Source: Bacteroidota bacterium
GTDB lineage: Bacteria > Bacteroidota > Bacteroidia > 2-12-FULL-35-15
NCBI GenBank assembly: GCA_005772895.1
Contig: SXIH01000040.1
Coordinates: forward strand, 477 to 64,476
Direction of reading: 5' to 3'
Length of the DNA stretch: 64,000 nt
The notes beneath the pieces are model-generated. The model searched no databases. It was given only the letters and a program-made list of their open reading frames with translations, and was not told the DNA's origin. Position numbers and translations under genes: made by a program. Shown piece after piece: positions 18,280-25,940 of the stretch (within the stretch, counting starts at the first letter, position 1; every line of letters begins with the position of its first letter).

Positions 18280-19103
18280 ACTACATCACTCATTTAAACA
18301 AAACGTTTGCAATTTTTTGTGAAGATGAAAGGCTAACGCCATTTCATGTGAGTTTGTATTTCAGCTTGTTTCAATACTGGAACATGGCAAGGTTTCGTAG
18401 TCCCATTTCAATCAGTCGCGATGAATTAATGCGGAGTTCAAAAATCGGTTCTGTAAATACCTACATCCGATGCATCAAAGAACTGGACAAATGGGCTTAC
18501 ATAAAATACATTCCATCATTCAATCCACAAAAAGGCTCTCAAGTTTACCTGTACAATTTTAATAATAGTAATAATAATGGCTCTGATATATCTGCTGATA
18601 AAGGCAATAATAAAACTGGTAAGAAAACTACTGGTAAAGCAGGTGAAACGCAAGTGATACCTTCTATAAACAATACAAACAAACTAAACAATACAAACAG
18701 TTTAAACGGCAATAAGCCCACACAAAAAAAAGTAATAATTAAAAAATCAATTTCAGATGGAAAAACCAAAAAAGAAAAAAGTTCCGGGAAAAAGAAAAAA
18801 GGCACAAAAGCCGAACATTCCCCCTCTCTATTGGAGAGGGAATCAGGTGGTGAGGCTCCAACTTCCCAAAGCGTTACAACTTATTTTACCGAAAAGCAAT
18901 GGCCAAGTGTTGAAGGTGAAAAATTTTTCAATCACTATGAGAGTAACGGTTGGTTAGTGGGCGGAAAAACACCAATGAGAAACTGGCAAGCTGCAGCACG
19001 TTACTGGATGTTGAACTCAGAAAAATTTAATAATGGCAAAACAAAACGAACAGCAGGAAAACTCCAGGCAAAAACTGGAAAAGATTACAACGAGCCACTA
19101 TGA
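18276..19103 (+). CDS. Putative replication initiator (N-terminal wHTH, C-terminal FFNHY..NGW..NW.AAA.W domain)
   Basis: HVSLYFSLFQYWN...ISISRDELM..SKIGS..TY..CIKEL wHTH, low-complexity linker, conserved C-terminal motif. 4-bp overlap with the HTH gene. Confidence 0.6.
   Translation: MNYITHLNKTFAIFCEDERLTPFHVSLYFSLFQYWNMARFRSPISISRDELMRSSKIGSVNTYIRCIKELDKWAYIKYIPSFNPQKGSQVYLYNFNNSNNNGSDISADKGNNKTGKKTTGKAGETQVIPSINNTNKLNNTNSLNGNKPTQKKVIIKKSISDGKTKKEKSSGKKKKGTKAEHSPSLLERESGGEAPTSQSVTTYFTEKQWPSVEGEKFFNHYESNGWLVGGKTPMRNWQAAARYWMLNSEKFNNGKTKRTAGKLQAKTGKDYNEPL
18821..18855 (+). repeat. REP-like palindrome inside a CDS
   Basis: CCCCTCTCTATTGGAGAGGGAATCAGGTGGTGAGG resembles the intergenic copy at 52314-52349. 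Confidence 0.6.
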
Positions 19104-19695
19104 GCAACAATTAATTTGGTTAGAAAAAAAAGGTATGGAAGTGTACGGGAATCATTTTAAAATAGTTGAGGAAGATAAGTTTTTATTGTGTCGCATTATA
19201 TGCTATTTTCTGCAAGATGAAAAACCTTCCGAAAAATTGAACATTAATTTTCAAAAAGGTATTTTAATCACTGGCCCTGTAGGTAGTGGAAAAACATCAA
19301 TCATGCACCTGATGCGCTTTTTTCTTCCTGCTCAAAATCGCTACAACATTAAATCCTGCCGCGATGTAAGTTTTGATTTCATAAAAGATGGTTACGAAAC
19401 AATACACAAATACAGTCGCCACAGTTTTAATAATCACAATCCGGTTACTTGGTGCTTTGATGATCTTGGAACCGAAAACAACTTGAAATACTTCGGTAAC
19501 GAGTGTAATGTGATGGCAGAAGTTTTATTAAGCCGTTACGATTTATTTGTAAGTCGCAAACTCCTTACTCATCTCACAACAAATCTCTCAGCTTCCGAAA
19601 TTGAAGAGCAATACGGCAATCGCGTTCGCTCTCGCCTTAGGGAAATGTTTAATCTCATTGCATTCGATAAACAAACAAAAGACAAACGAAAATAA
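19033..19695 (+). CDS. P-loop ATPase, DnaC/IstB-like helicase loader
   Basis: Walker A GPVGSGKT, Walker B CFDDLGTE, TTNLS...YG.RVRSRL.EMFN. Confidence 0.8.
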   Translation: MAKQNEQQENSRQKLEKITTSHYEQQLIWLEKKGMEVYGNHFKIVEEDKFLLCRIICYFLQDEKPSEKLNINFQKGILITGPVGSGKTSIMHLMRFFLPAQNRYNIKSCRDVSFDFIKDGYETIHKYSRHSFNNHNPVTWCFDDLGTENNLKYFGNECNVMAEVLLSRYDLFVSRKLLTHLTTNLSASEIEEQYGNRVRSRLREMFNLIAFDKQTKDKRK

Positions 19696-19721
19696 TTATA
19701 AACCTATAAAAAACAGAAATC

Positions 19722-20510
19722 ATGTGTAAATCAAAAATTCAAGCATTCTTTAGAAAATTAAAAACGGTATTCGGTGGAAAAGGCCAAAGAAAAAATCTGG
19801 GACAAAATCCTCGAAACAATTATGAGCAATTAGAAAGAGAAAATAAATTAGTTCTTTCGTACTTAACAGTCCGAAAGATTATTGGAATATTGGGTTTACT
19901 TTTTCCATTAATTTTAGTTCTTGGTTCATTTATTTTAGGTCACTGCTGCAACATTCAAATTTCAATCAGCAATTATTATCACACCAACATGCGCGATGTC
20001 TTTGTTGGTTATGTCTGTACACTTTCAATTTTCATGCTCTCTTACAAAGGCTATGATTTAGCCGACCGTATTGTTTCAGCCCTTACCGGTATATTCGGTT
20101 TGGTGGTGGCATTAATGCCAACCAACCTCAAAACAGATCCTATCACCGGCTTAATCCCACAATGCAACATTTGGTGTAATGTTGAAAGGCACAACTGGAT
20201 AGGTATTGTGCACTTGGTCGCTGCAGGCTTATTCATCCTTGGCATGGCTTATTTTACACTTTTCCTTTTCACCAAAGGCGAAACTACCCCCACACCGCAA
20301 AAACTCATCAGGAACAAAATATACAAGATTTCCGGTTACATTATGCTTGCGTGCATGGGCATAATGATTGTCTTTTTCGCCTTACCCGACAGCCTAACGG
20401 CCGGTCTGCTCAAATTCAAACCCGTATTTTGGCTTGAAACCATCGCATTCGTAGCCTTCGGCTTCTCATGGTTGGTTAAAGGGGAGTTTTTGTTGAAAGA
20501 CAGCGTATAA
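19722..20510 (+). CDS. Multi-TM membrane protein (DUF998-like)
   Basis: SYLTVRKIIGILG...SISNYYHT.MRD.FVG...H.VAAGLF...WLE..AF.AFG.SWLVKG, about 6 TM. Confidence 0.6.
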   Translation: MCKSKIQAFFRKLKTVFGGKGQRKNLGQNPRNNYEQLERENKLVLSYLTVRKIIGILGLLFPLILVLGSFILGHCCNIQISISNYYHTNMRDVFVGYVCTLSIFMLSYKGYDLADRIVSALTGIFGLVVALMPTNLKTDPITGLIPQCNIWCNVERHNWIGIVHLVAAGLFILGMAYFTLFLFTKGETTPTPQKLIRNKIYKISGYIMLACMGIMIVFFALPDSLTAGLLKFKPVFWLETIAFVAFGFSWLVKGEFLLKDSV

Positions 20511-20652
20511 AACAGCTTAAAAATCAATGCTTCCTTAAAAGAAATCAGGGTTTTATCAAAAATAATATACTACCCTGATTTTTAATGTTTTTTTGTTACT
20601 TTCGGGTGGCTGTATTTCAGTTTATTATCTTCATAAATATTCGTTGGTCTAA

Positions 20653-21300
20653 ATGATAAAGAAAAAAATCCCATATAAAAAAGCGATGCCTGCGAAAAAA
20701 GCAACCACAAAAAAGGTGGTGCCCGCAAAGAAGCTTAAAATTATGGTTTCATCCACTGTCTATGGTTCAGAAAGTGATTTAGAGCAGATTTACGGTTTAT
20801 TGAAAGGATATGGTTATGAAGTAATAATGTCAAAGGAAGGGACAGTTTATGTGCCAATTGGATCTTCACCTACCCAGGCCTGTTTAAAAGCAGTTGAAGA
20901 TTGTGATTTATTTTTAGGCATTATCTTTCCAAGATATGGATCAGGTATTACGCATAAAGAATTTCAAAAAGCCCTCGAATTAGATAAACCAAGATGGTTC
21001 ATAACTCATCACTTTGTTCCTTTTTCCCGTGAGATTCTAAAGCAATTTATGTACACTTCTACTAATAAAAGAATTAAAACATTTAAGTTGAATAGAAACG
21101 GTGTTATGGACAGTGAAAAAGTAATTGATATGTATAATGATGCTATACAAAATGATTTAGACCCTAAGAAAAGAAAATCAAATTGGGCGCAACCGTTTTT
21201 TAGAACAAGCGAGATAATGCCTTTTATTAACACTCAGTTTAATGATCTTGAAAAGCGCAGGGAAGAGTTGTCTGAATATAATAAAACAAAGAAAAAATGA
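20653..21300 (+). CDS. DUF4062-domain protein with Lys/Ala/Pro-rich N-terminal tail
   Basis: IMVSSTVY..E.D.EQI...L...GY, CL.AVEDCDLFLGII..RYGSGITHKEF..A. Confidence 0.8.
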   Translation: MIKKKIPYKKAMPAKKATTKKVVPAKKLKIMVSSTVYGSESDLEQIYGLLKGYGYEVIMSKEGTVYVPIGSSPTQACLKAVEDCDLFLGIIFPRYGSGITHKEFQKALELDKPRWFITHHFVPFSREILKQFMYTSTNKRIKTFKLNRNGVMDSEKVIDMYNDAIQNDLDPKKRKSNWAQPFFRTSEIMPFINTQFNDLEKRREELSEYNKTKKK

Positions 21301-22796
21301 AAACAGACCAATTGATAAAAAACCTTATTAAGCAGAAAGAAAGCGAACAGCTTGAATTTGCCGAATCCTTAAGTAAGGAGCATATTGCTAATACTGTTTG
21401 TGGTTTTTTAAATGGTAAAGGTGGTCAGATTTTAATTGGAGTGAAAGAAAACGGAACGATTACAGGAATATCAAATGCAACAAAATACAAGGAGGAATTA
21501 CATAAATATTTTTCAAGCACATTGCTTCCAGAAGCCCCTATAACAATTAGCATTGAAGATGTAGATAATAAAAACATTGCCAACATAGAAGTATGGGAAG
21601 GTGCCAAAAAACCGTACATTTCCAATGGAAGTATATATTATCGTAAAAAAGACAAAACAGTTCGTGCCAGTTCAAAAGAAATATCAGAATTAATACATAG
21701 CCGTCAGTTATCAGAAACACATTGGGAAAGACAAATTGTATTAGGAGTAGAATTAAAAGACCTTGATACTTCCGAGATAAAAAGCACAATAAAAAATTTA
21801 ACTGACTTTGGTAGTGCAAAGAAATTCTCAGGAGATGTATTGGATTTTTTAACTCACTATGGCTTATTTCAGAATGGATATTTCACTAACTCAGCGGTAG
21901 TGTTATTTGCAAAAGAACCTTCGAGATTCCTACCACAGGTAAGATTCAGAGTTTCAATTTTAAAAGATGAAAAAACGGGTAACAAGTTTATTAACGATAA
22001 ACTATTGGAAGGTAATTTATTTAAAAACTTCAGGGATATAGAACAGTATTTGCAGGCAAATTTAGAGCATCAGCGTGTGTTTAAAAGAGGCAAATGGCAA
22101 CGAACAGATGAATATATTTATCCTACCGAAGCTTTAAGAGAAGGAATAATAAACGCTTTGGTACATCGTAATTACGAAAATATTTCTGGAGGAGCCTCTC
22201 TTATTCTTTATAATGATAGATTAGAAATAACCAATACAGGAAAATTACCGGATAATATGACTGTAGCTGATCTAAAGGTTAGTCATATTTCTTCACCTCC
22301 TAATCCCGATATTGCACAGATATGTTTTTTAAAGGGTTATATTGAAAAGATAGGAAGAGGAACAATTAAAATAATAGAAGAGTTTAAAAAAGCTAAACTT
22401 AAAGAACCTGTATGGAAAACAAGTGGAGGAACTGTAAAACTTACATTCTATAATAATCTTAAACAAAATGATAAGGGAGTAACTGAGGGAGTAATTAGGG
22501 GAATAACTGAGGGAATAAGTAAAACTACAATGGCTAAAATTGAGGCTGTAGTTGAGGGAGTAACTGAGGGAGTAACTGAGGGAGTAAAAAGTAAGATAAA
22601 AGATACTGTACTTGCTATTTATAAACATGAAGGTATAAATACCAATGAAATAGCTGACGCTATTGGAGTACCTGTTAAGAGTTTAGAAAGACACATAAAG
22701 CTTTTAAAAGAGGCTAAAATAATTGAATTTAAAGGTGCTCCAAGAACAGGAGGATATCACATTGCTAAACGTATTATTAATAAAACAAAAAAATAA
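21297..22796 (+). CDS. AlbA_2 (Schlafen-like) + HATPase_c_4 (RecG-C-like) + wHTH protein
   Basis: ESEQLEF..., CGFLN.KGG.ILIGV, YP..ALREGIINALVHRNY, IEITNTG.L, PNPDIA.....GYIEKIGRG, C-terminal HTH ending G....GGY. Confidence 0.88.
   Translation: MKTDQLIKNLIKQKESEQLEFAESLSKEHIANTVCGFLNGKGGQILIGVKENGTITGISNATKYKEELHKYFSSTLLPEAPITISIEDVDNKNIANIEVWEGAKKPYISNGSIYYRKKDKTVRASSKEISELIHSRQLSETHWERQIVLGVELKDLDTSEIKSTIKNLTDFGSAKKFSGDVLDFLTHYGLFQNGYFTNSAVVLFAKEPSRFLPQVRFRVSILKDEKTGNKFINDKLLEGNLFKNFRDIEQYLQANLEHQRVFKRGKWQRTDEYIYPTEALREGIINALVHRNYENISGGASLILYNDRLEITNTGKLPDNMTVADLKVSHISSPPNPDIAQICFLKGYIEKIGRGTIKIIEEFKKAKLKEPVWKTSGGTVKLTFYNNLKQNDKGVTEGVIRGITEGISKTTMAKIEAVVEGVTEGVTEGVKSKIKDTVLAIYKHEGINTNEIADAIGVPVKSLERHIKLLKEAKIIEFKGAPRTGGYHIAKRIINKTKK
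22475..22586 (+). repeat. 12-bp coding tandem repeats (GVTE units)
   Basis: GAGGGAGTAACT units in two blocks encoding GVTEGVIRGITEGI and EGVTEGVTEGV. Confidence 0.85.
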
Positions 22797-22797
22797 C

Positions 22798-23136
22798 ATG
22801 CCGGTAAAAGTAACAACAGTTGACATTTTAAAGAAGTACTTTGAAGGAGTTACAAAAAGAGCTAATCACCATGCTCCGCAAGCAGACAGTGTAATCTACG
22901 CTTTACTTGGTATAATAGTTCTCAAAAAAGATGATGGAACAGACATCGAAGTTAGAGGTAGCAGTGATGATGCAACAGGCAATATTCTTTGGGTAACAAT
23001 CAATGGAACAAAGTACGCCTTTAGGTACGAACATTCGGATAATACAATAGAAATCAGAAGAAATTCGTATAGTGGACCGGTATTATTAAAAGTTGATAAT
23101 ACCACTACAGTAAATAATATTTTAGCCTTATTTTAA
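22798..23136 (+). CDS. VCH_CASS14-like (integron cassette protein family) small protein
   Basis: Y..GV..RA.HHA, NILWVTING..YAF.Y.H....IEIR......DN.T matches my recollection of Vibrio Cass14. Start moved from 22723; 1-bp gap to the upstream stop. Confidence 0.7.
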   Translation: MPVKVTTVDILKKYFEGVTKRANHHAPQADSVIYALLGIIVLKKDDGTDIEVRGSSDDATGNILWVTINGTKYAFRYEHSDNTIEIRRNSYSGPVLLKVDNTTTVNNILALF

Positions 23137-23137
23137 T

Positions 23138-23215
23138 GGCGTTCCCTTCGGGCGGTCTTTCTGCTGCTATCTTTTTATGAAGAATAAAAAGGATATCCGC
23201 TGCAATCCCTAACGC
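23138..23215 (+). repeat. Structured palindromic repeat, resembling the Flavo-1 RNA motif
   Basis: GCGTT...AACGC outer stem, TATCTTTTTAT/ATAAAAAGGATA inner stem, two GCTGC direct units. Rfam identity is from memory only. Confidence 0.45.
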
Positions 23216-23299
23216 ATTAAATCCTACTACAAAGAAACATTCCGTTCAAGGAGAGAAGATCCTACACACAAGCCAACACACAGGTTATAAGGTGTTCCT

Positions 23300-23900
23300 C
23301 AGCTTGTGCAGAGCAAAAAGATGCGCCAAACCAATGTAGCATTTGCTTTTTCGTACTGTTTTTTTAAGGTTTTAAGCAAAAGCTACATTGCCCGCTTCCG
23401 TTGCTCATTCCGTAAACTACATTCCGCTACTCAGCGGGTTAAAAGTATTGTCACACTTTTTGCAATTTGCACGAGCTTCGTCACGGCAGCCTCCTTTGTC
23501 CTGTCAAGCCACTTCATTCATTGCGTTGCGGTTGCCCGGTCATTCGCAAAATAAATTTTAAATAGCGGTGCTCATTTCTCTGGGCAATCCTCACTCCATT
23601 CATTTCAGTCGCTTGTCAGTCCACCGGCTGCCCATAATTTTGCTCGCCTGCTGGTCGCTTTGGGCTGCGGGGCTGTCATAGTTTTTGTAAGAAGAACAAA
23701 AACTCCGCCAGCCCCTTGTGTTTACAACATAGGTCGCACCCGTGCCTTAGTCGGCACTCCCGTGCTCCCACCCAAAGCTCCACTCGCAGGACGGCTCGCT
23801 AAAGCTGCACAAGTGTCCGCAAACCGTTCCGCGAAAAGCTTCACTATATGCAGCCACTTCTCCTACCGCACAGCCGCAGGCGCTATAACCCCAACCCACA
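23300..23900. other. GC-enriched non-coding region with multiple imperfect hairpins
   Basis: For example CAATGTAGCATTTGCTT...AAGCAAAAGCTACATTG. Visibly GC-richer than flanks, and its ORFs have atypical composition. Confidence 0.5.
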
Positions 23901-23909
23901 AAAAGCATT

Positions 23910-23951
23910 TATTTAAGTATTTGCTTAAATACGAAAATATAACTACCTTTG
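23910..23951 (+). promoter_or_regulatory. ArsR/SmtB operator and -7 promoter
   Basis: TATTTAAG-N6-CTTAAATA inverted repeat (23910-23931), TACCTTTG at 23944-23951. Confidence 0.65.
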
Positions 23952-23955
23952 TCAA

Positions 23956-24327
23956 ATGGAAGGAAACTCTTGTATCAGGGTATATGCTGACCCAACACAG
24001 ATTAAGAACTGTAAGGAATTATTGCGGACAAACTCTGAAGCCTTTGAGAATCTTGCAAAAGTTCTAGAGTTGGCAGGTAATGAAGTCCGGTTAAAAATTC
24101 TTTTTCTTCTCGAAGAGGAAAATGAATTATGTCCCTGTGATTTGAGTGATATTCTTGGTATGAGTATCCCTGCAGTTTCACAACATTTGCGAAAACTGAA
24201 AGACGGTAATATTCTTATCACAAGGCGTGAGGCCCAAACCATATATTATTCGCTGAAAAAAGAACACCTAAAAATTCTTAAACCATTTTTCAAATTCATT
24301 CGTCAGTCGAATGTTATTACAGAATAG
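23956..24327 (+). CDS. ArsR/SmtB metalloregulator
   Basis: SCIRV...C, LAGNEVRLKIL.LL....LCPCDLSDIL..S.PAVSQHLRKLKD. Confidence 0.93.
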   Translation: MEGNSCIRVYADPTQIKNCKELLRTNSEAFENLAKVLELAGNEVRLKILFLLEEENELCPCDLSDILGMSIPAVSQHLRKLKDGNILITRREAQTIYYSLKKEHLKILKPFFKFIRQSNVITE

Positions 24328-24329
24328 CC

Positions 24330-24926
24330 ATGAAACAAGGTAAACTAATAGGAGCCGGAATTCTATCTGCTATTGCAGCGTCCCTTTGTTGTATCACTCC
24401 GGTATTAGCATTAATAGCAGGTACAAGTGGCGCAGCTTCGGCATTCTCTTGGATTGAGCCATACAGACCATACCTGATAGGCTTAACCGCTGTGGTACTT
24501 GGTTTTGCTTGGTATCAAAAACTAAAACCTCAGCAAAAAACTGATTGTGATTGCGCAGTAGATGAAAAACCAAAATTCCTGCAGAGTAAAAAATTTCTGT
24601 TCATAGTTACAGTATTTGCAGTCTTGATGATTGCGTTCCCATATTACGCAAAATTATTCTATCCAAGCCCTGAGAAGGAAGTAATCATCGTTGATAAGTC
24701 AAATATCCGCAAAGTTGAATTTACTATTTCCGGCATGACCTGTGCCAGTTGTGCGGAACACGTATCGCATGAGGTGAATAAACTAACCGGTATCATCAGC
24801 GTGAATGCTTCTTATGAACATGGCAATGCTATAGTAGAGTTTGAAGATACAAAAACAACTATTACCGAAATCGAATCCGCAATAAATTCTACTGGTTATA
24901 TCGCAGCAGAAAAAAAGGAAAAATAA
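24330..24926 (+). CDS. merTP: MerT-MerP fusion heavy-metal transporter
   Basis: ASLCCITP TM motif, CDC loop, C-terminal HMA domain GMTCASC. Confidence 0.88.
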   Translation: MKQGKLIGAGILSAIAASLCCITPVLALIAGTSGAASAFSWIEPYRPYLIGLTAVVLGFAWYQKLKPQQKTDCDCAVDEKPKFLQSKKFLFIVTVFAVLMIAFPYYAKLFYPSPEKEVIIVDKSNIRKVEFTISGMTCASCAEHVSHEVNKLTGIISVNASYEHGNAIVEFEDTKTTITEIESAINSTGYIAAEKKEK

Positions 24927-24927
24927 C

Positions 24928-25137
24928 ATGGAAATTATCACTAAATCAACCATCACTTGCCCAGTATGTGGTCACAAAAAGGTAGAAGTAATGCCAACTG
25001 ACGCCTGCCAATACTTTTATGAATGTGAGAAATGCAAAACCCTTCTGAAACCAAAGCAAGGAGATTGTTGCGTTTATTGCAGCTATGGTTCCGTTAAATG
25101 CCCACCGATGCAACAAAATAATTCCTGCTGTAAATAG
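24928..25137 (+). CDS. GDCCVxC-domain Cys-rich protein
   Basis: TCPVCGH...MP.DACQYFYECEKC...LKPKQGDCCVYCSYG..KCPP. Confidence 0.9.
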   Translation: MEIITKSTITCPVCGHKKVEVMPTDACQYFYECEKCKTLLKPKQGDCCVYCSYGSVKCPPMQQNNSCCK

Positions 25138-25152
25138 CCCTTTATTTCATTA

Positions 25153-25827
25153 TCACAAGGCGTTTACATCCCGAATTAAAATCTGTCTTCGGTCATAAAA
25201 AATAACACCGTGTTTCTCAAGCTCACTAAAAACATTAGTAACGGTCTGCCTTGAAGTGGCCGTGAGTTTAGCAATATCCTCATGAGTAAGATTTAGTTTA
25301 ACCGAAATTTCATCACCAATAATTTTTCCATGCTCTTCTGAAATTTCTTTAATAAATCCTCTTATTCTTTCTTCCGAGGATTTAAAAATCAACGAGGTTA
25401 GTCTGTTTTGTATTCTTTTTAACTTCAAACCAATGAATTTTGTAATTCGCAAATTGAATTTCGGATTCATTGCCAACATTTGTTCCAAATCGTTTATATC
25501 AACACCGCAAATAACAGCTTCCTCGGTTACTTCTGCTATTTCATTCCTGTTTCCTTGATCCATTAGCGCTAATTCACCAAATATTTCTCCTGGGCCAAGT
25601 ATGTTTATAATGACTTCTTTACCGTCTTGCGAATAGCGGGAAATTTTCACCTTACCAGCTTTAAGAAAATAAATACGGTTGGAAACATCTTCTGAAAAAT
25701 AAATAACCTGTCCCTTACTGGAATTTTTCATCGAGGTCATCTTGCCAAGCTCTTCCATCTCTTTCATTGTCAATGACTCAAGTAGGTTAAAGTTTTCAAA
25801 ATACCATAGTTTCGATTTTTGTTCCAT
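25153..25827 (-). CDS. Crp/Fnr-family transcriptional regulator
   Basis: cNMP-binding domain (G.VKI...GEIFGE), HTH LTHEDIAKLTATSRQTVT. Start moved from 25872. Confidence 0.92.
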   Translation of the reverse strand: MEQKSKLWYFENFNLLESLTMKEMEELGKMTSMKNSSKGQVIYFSEDVSNRIYFLKAGKVKISRYSQDGKEVIINILGPGEIFGELALMDQGNRNEIAEVTEEAVICGVDINDLEQMLAMNPKFNLRITKFIGLKLKRIQNRLTSLIFKSSEERIRGFIKEISEEHGKIIGDEISVKLNLTHEDIAKLTATSRQTVTNVFSELEKHGVIFYDRRQILIRDVNAL

Positions 25828-25940
25828 GAGTGATGATTCGTTGGTTGGTAAAAATACGAAAATGCCAGTCATTCATTATGTCGGCACCACGACAATATTT
25901 TTTCAAATTCCTACAAATATTTGCATTAATCTGAAAACAA

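Noticed and set aside
19033-19103. 71-bp overlap of initiator and ATPase as a programmed frameshift (IS21/IS3-like)
   Set aside because: Both ORFs are complete with their own motifs, and no transposase domain or terminal inverted repeats were seen.
20542-20581. AAATCAGGG...CCCTGATTT inverted repeat upstream of the DUF4062 operon
   Set aside because: It could be an operator or a loose terminator, but a single 9-bp pair with a 22-nt spacer is too weak to assign.
22475-22586. 12-bp repeats as a CRISPR array or contingency locus
   Set aside because: They are in-frame GVTE linker repeats typical before the wHTH of AlbA/Fic-type proteins, with no spacers and no cas genes.
23306-24067. ORFs 23306-23554 and 23660-24067
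   Set aside because: Atypical composition, no motifs, they lie in a hairpin-rich tract, and the second overlaps arsR in another frame.
24928-25137. Selenocysteine recoding in GDCCVxC or the deiodinase-like gene
   Set aside because: Neither ORF has an in-frame TGA. Cys codons occupy the relevant positions.
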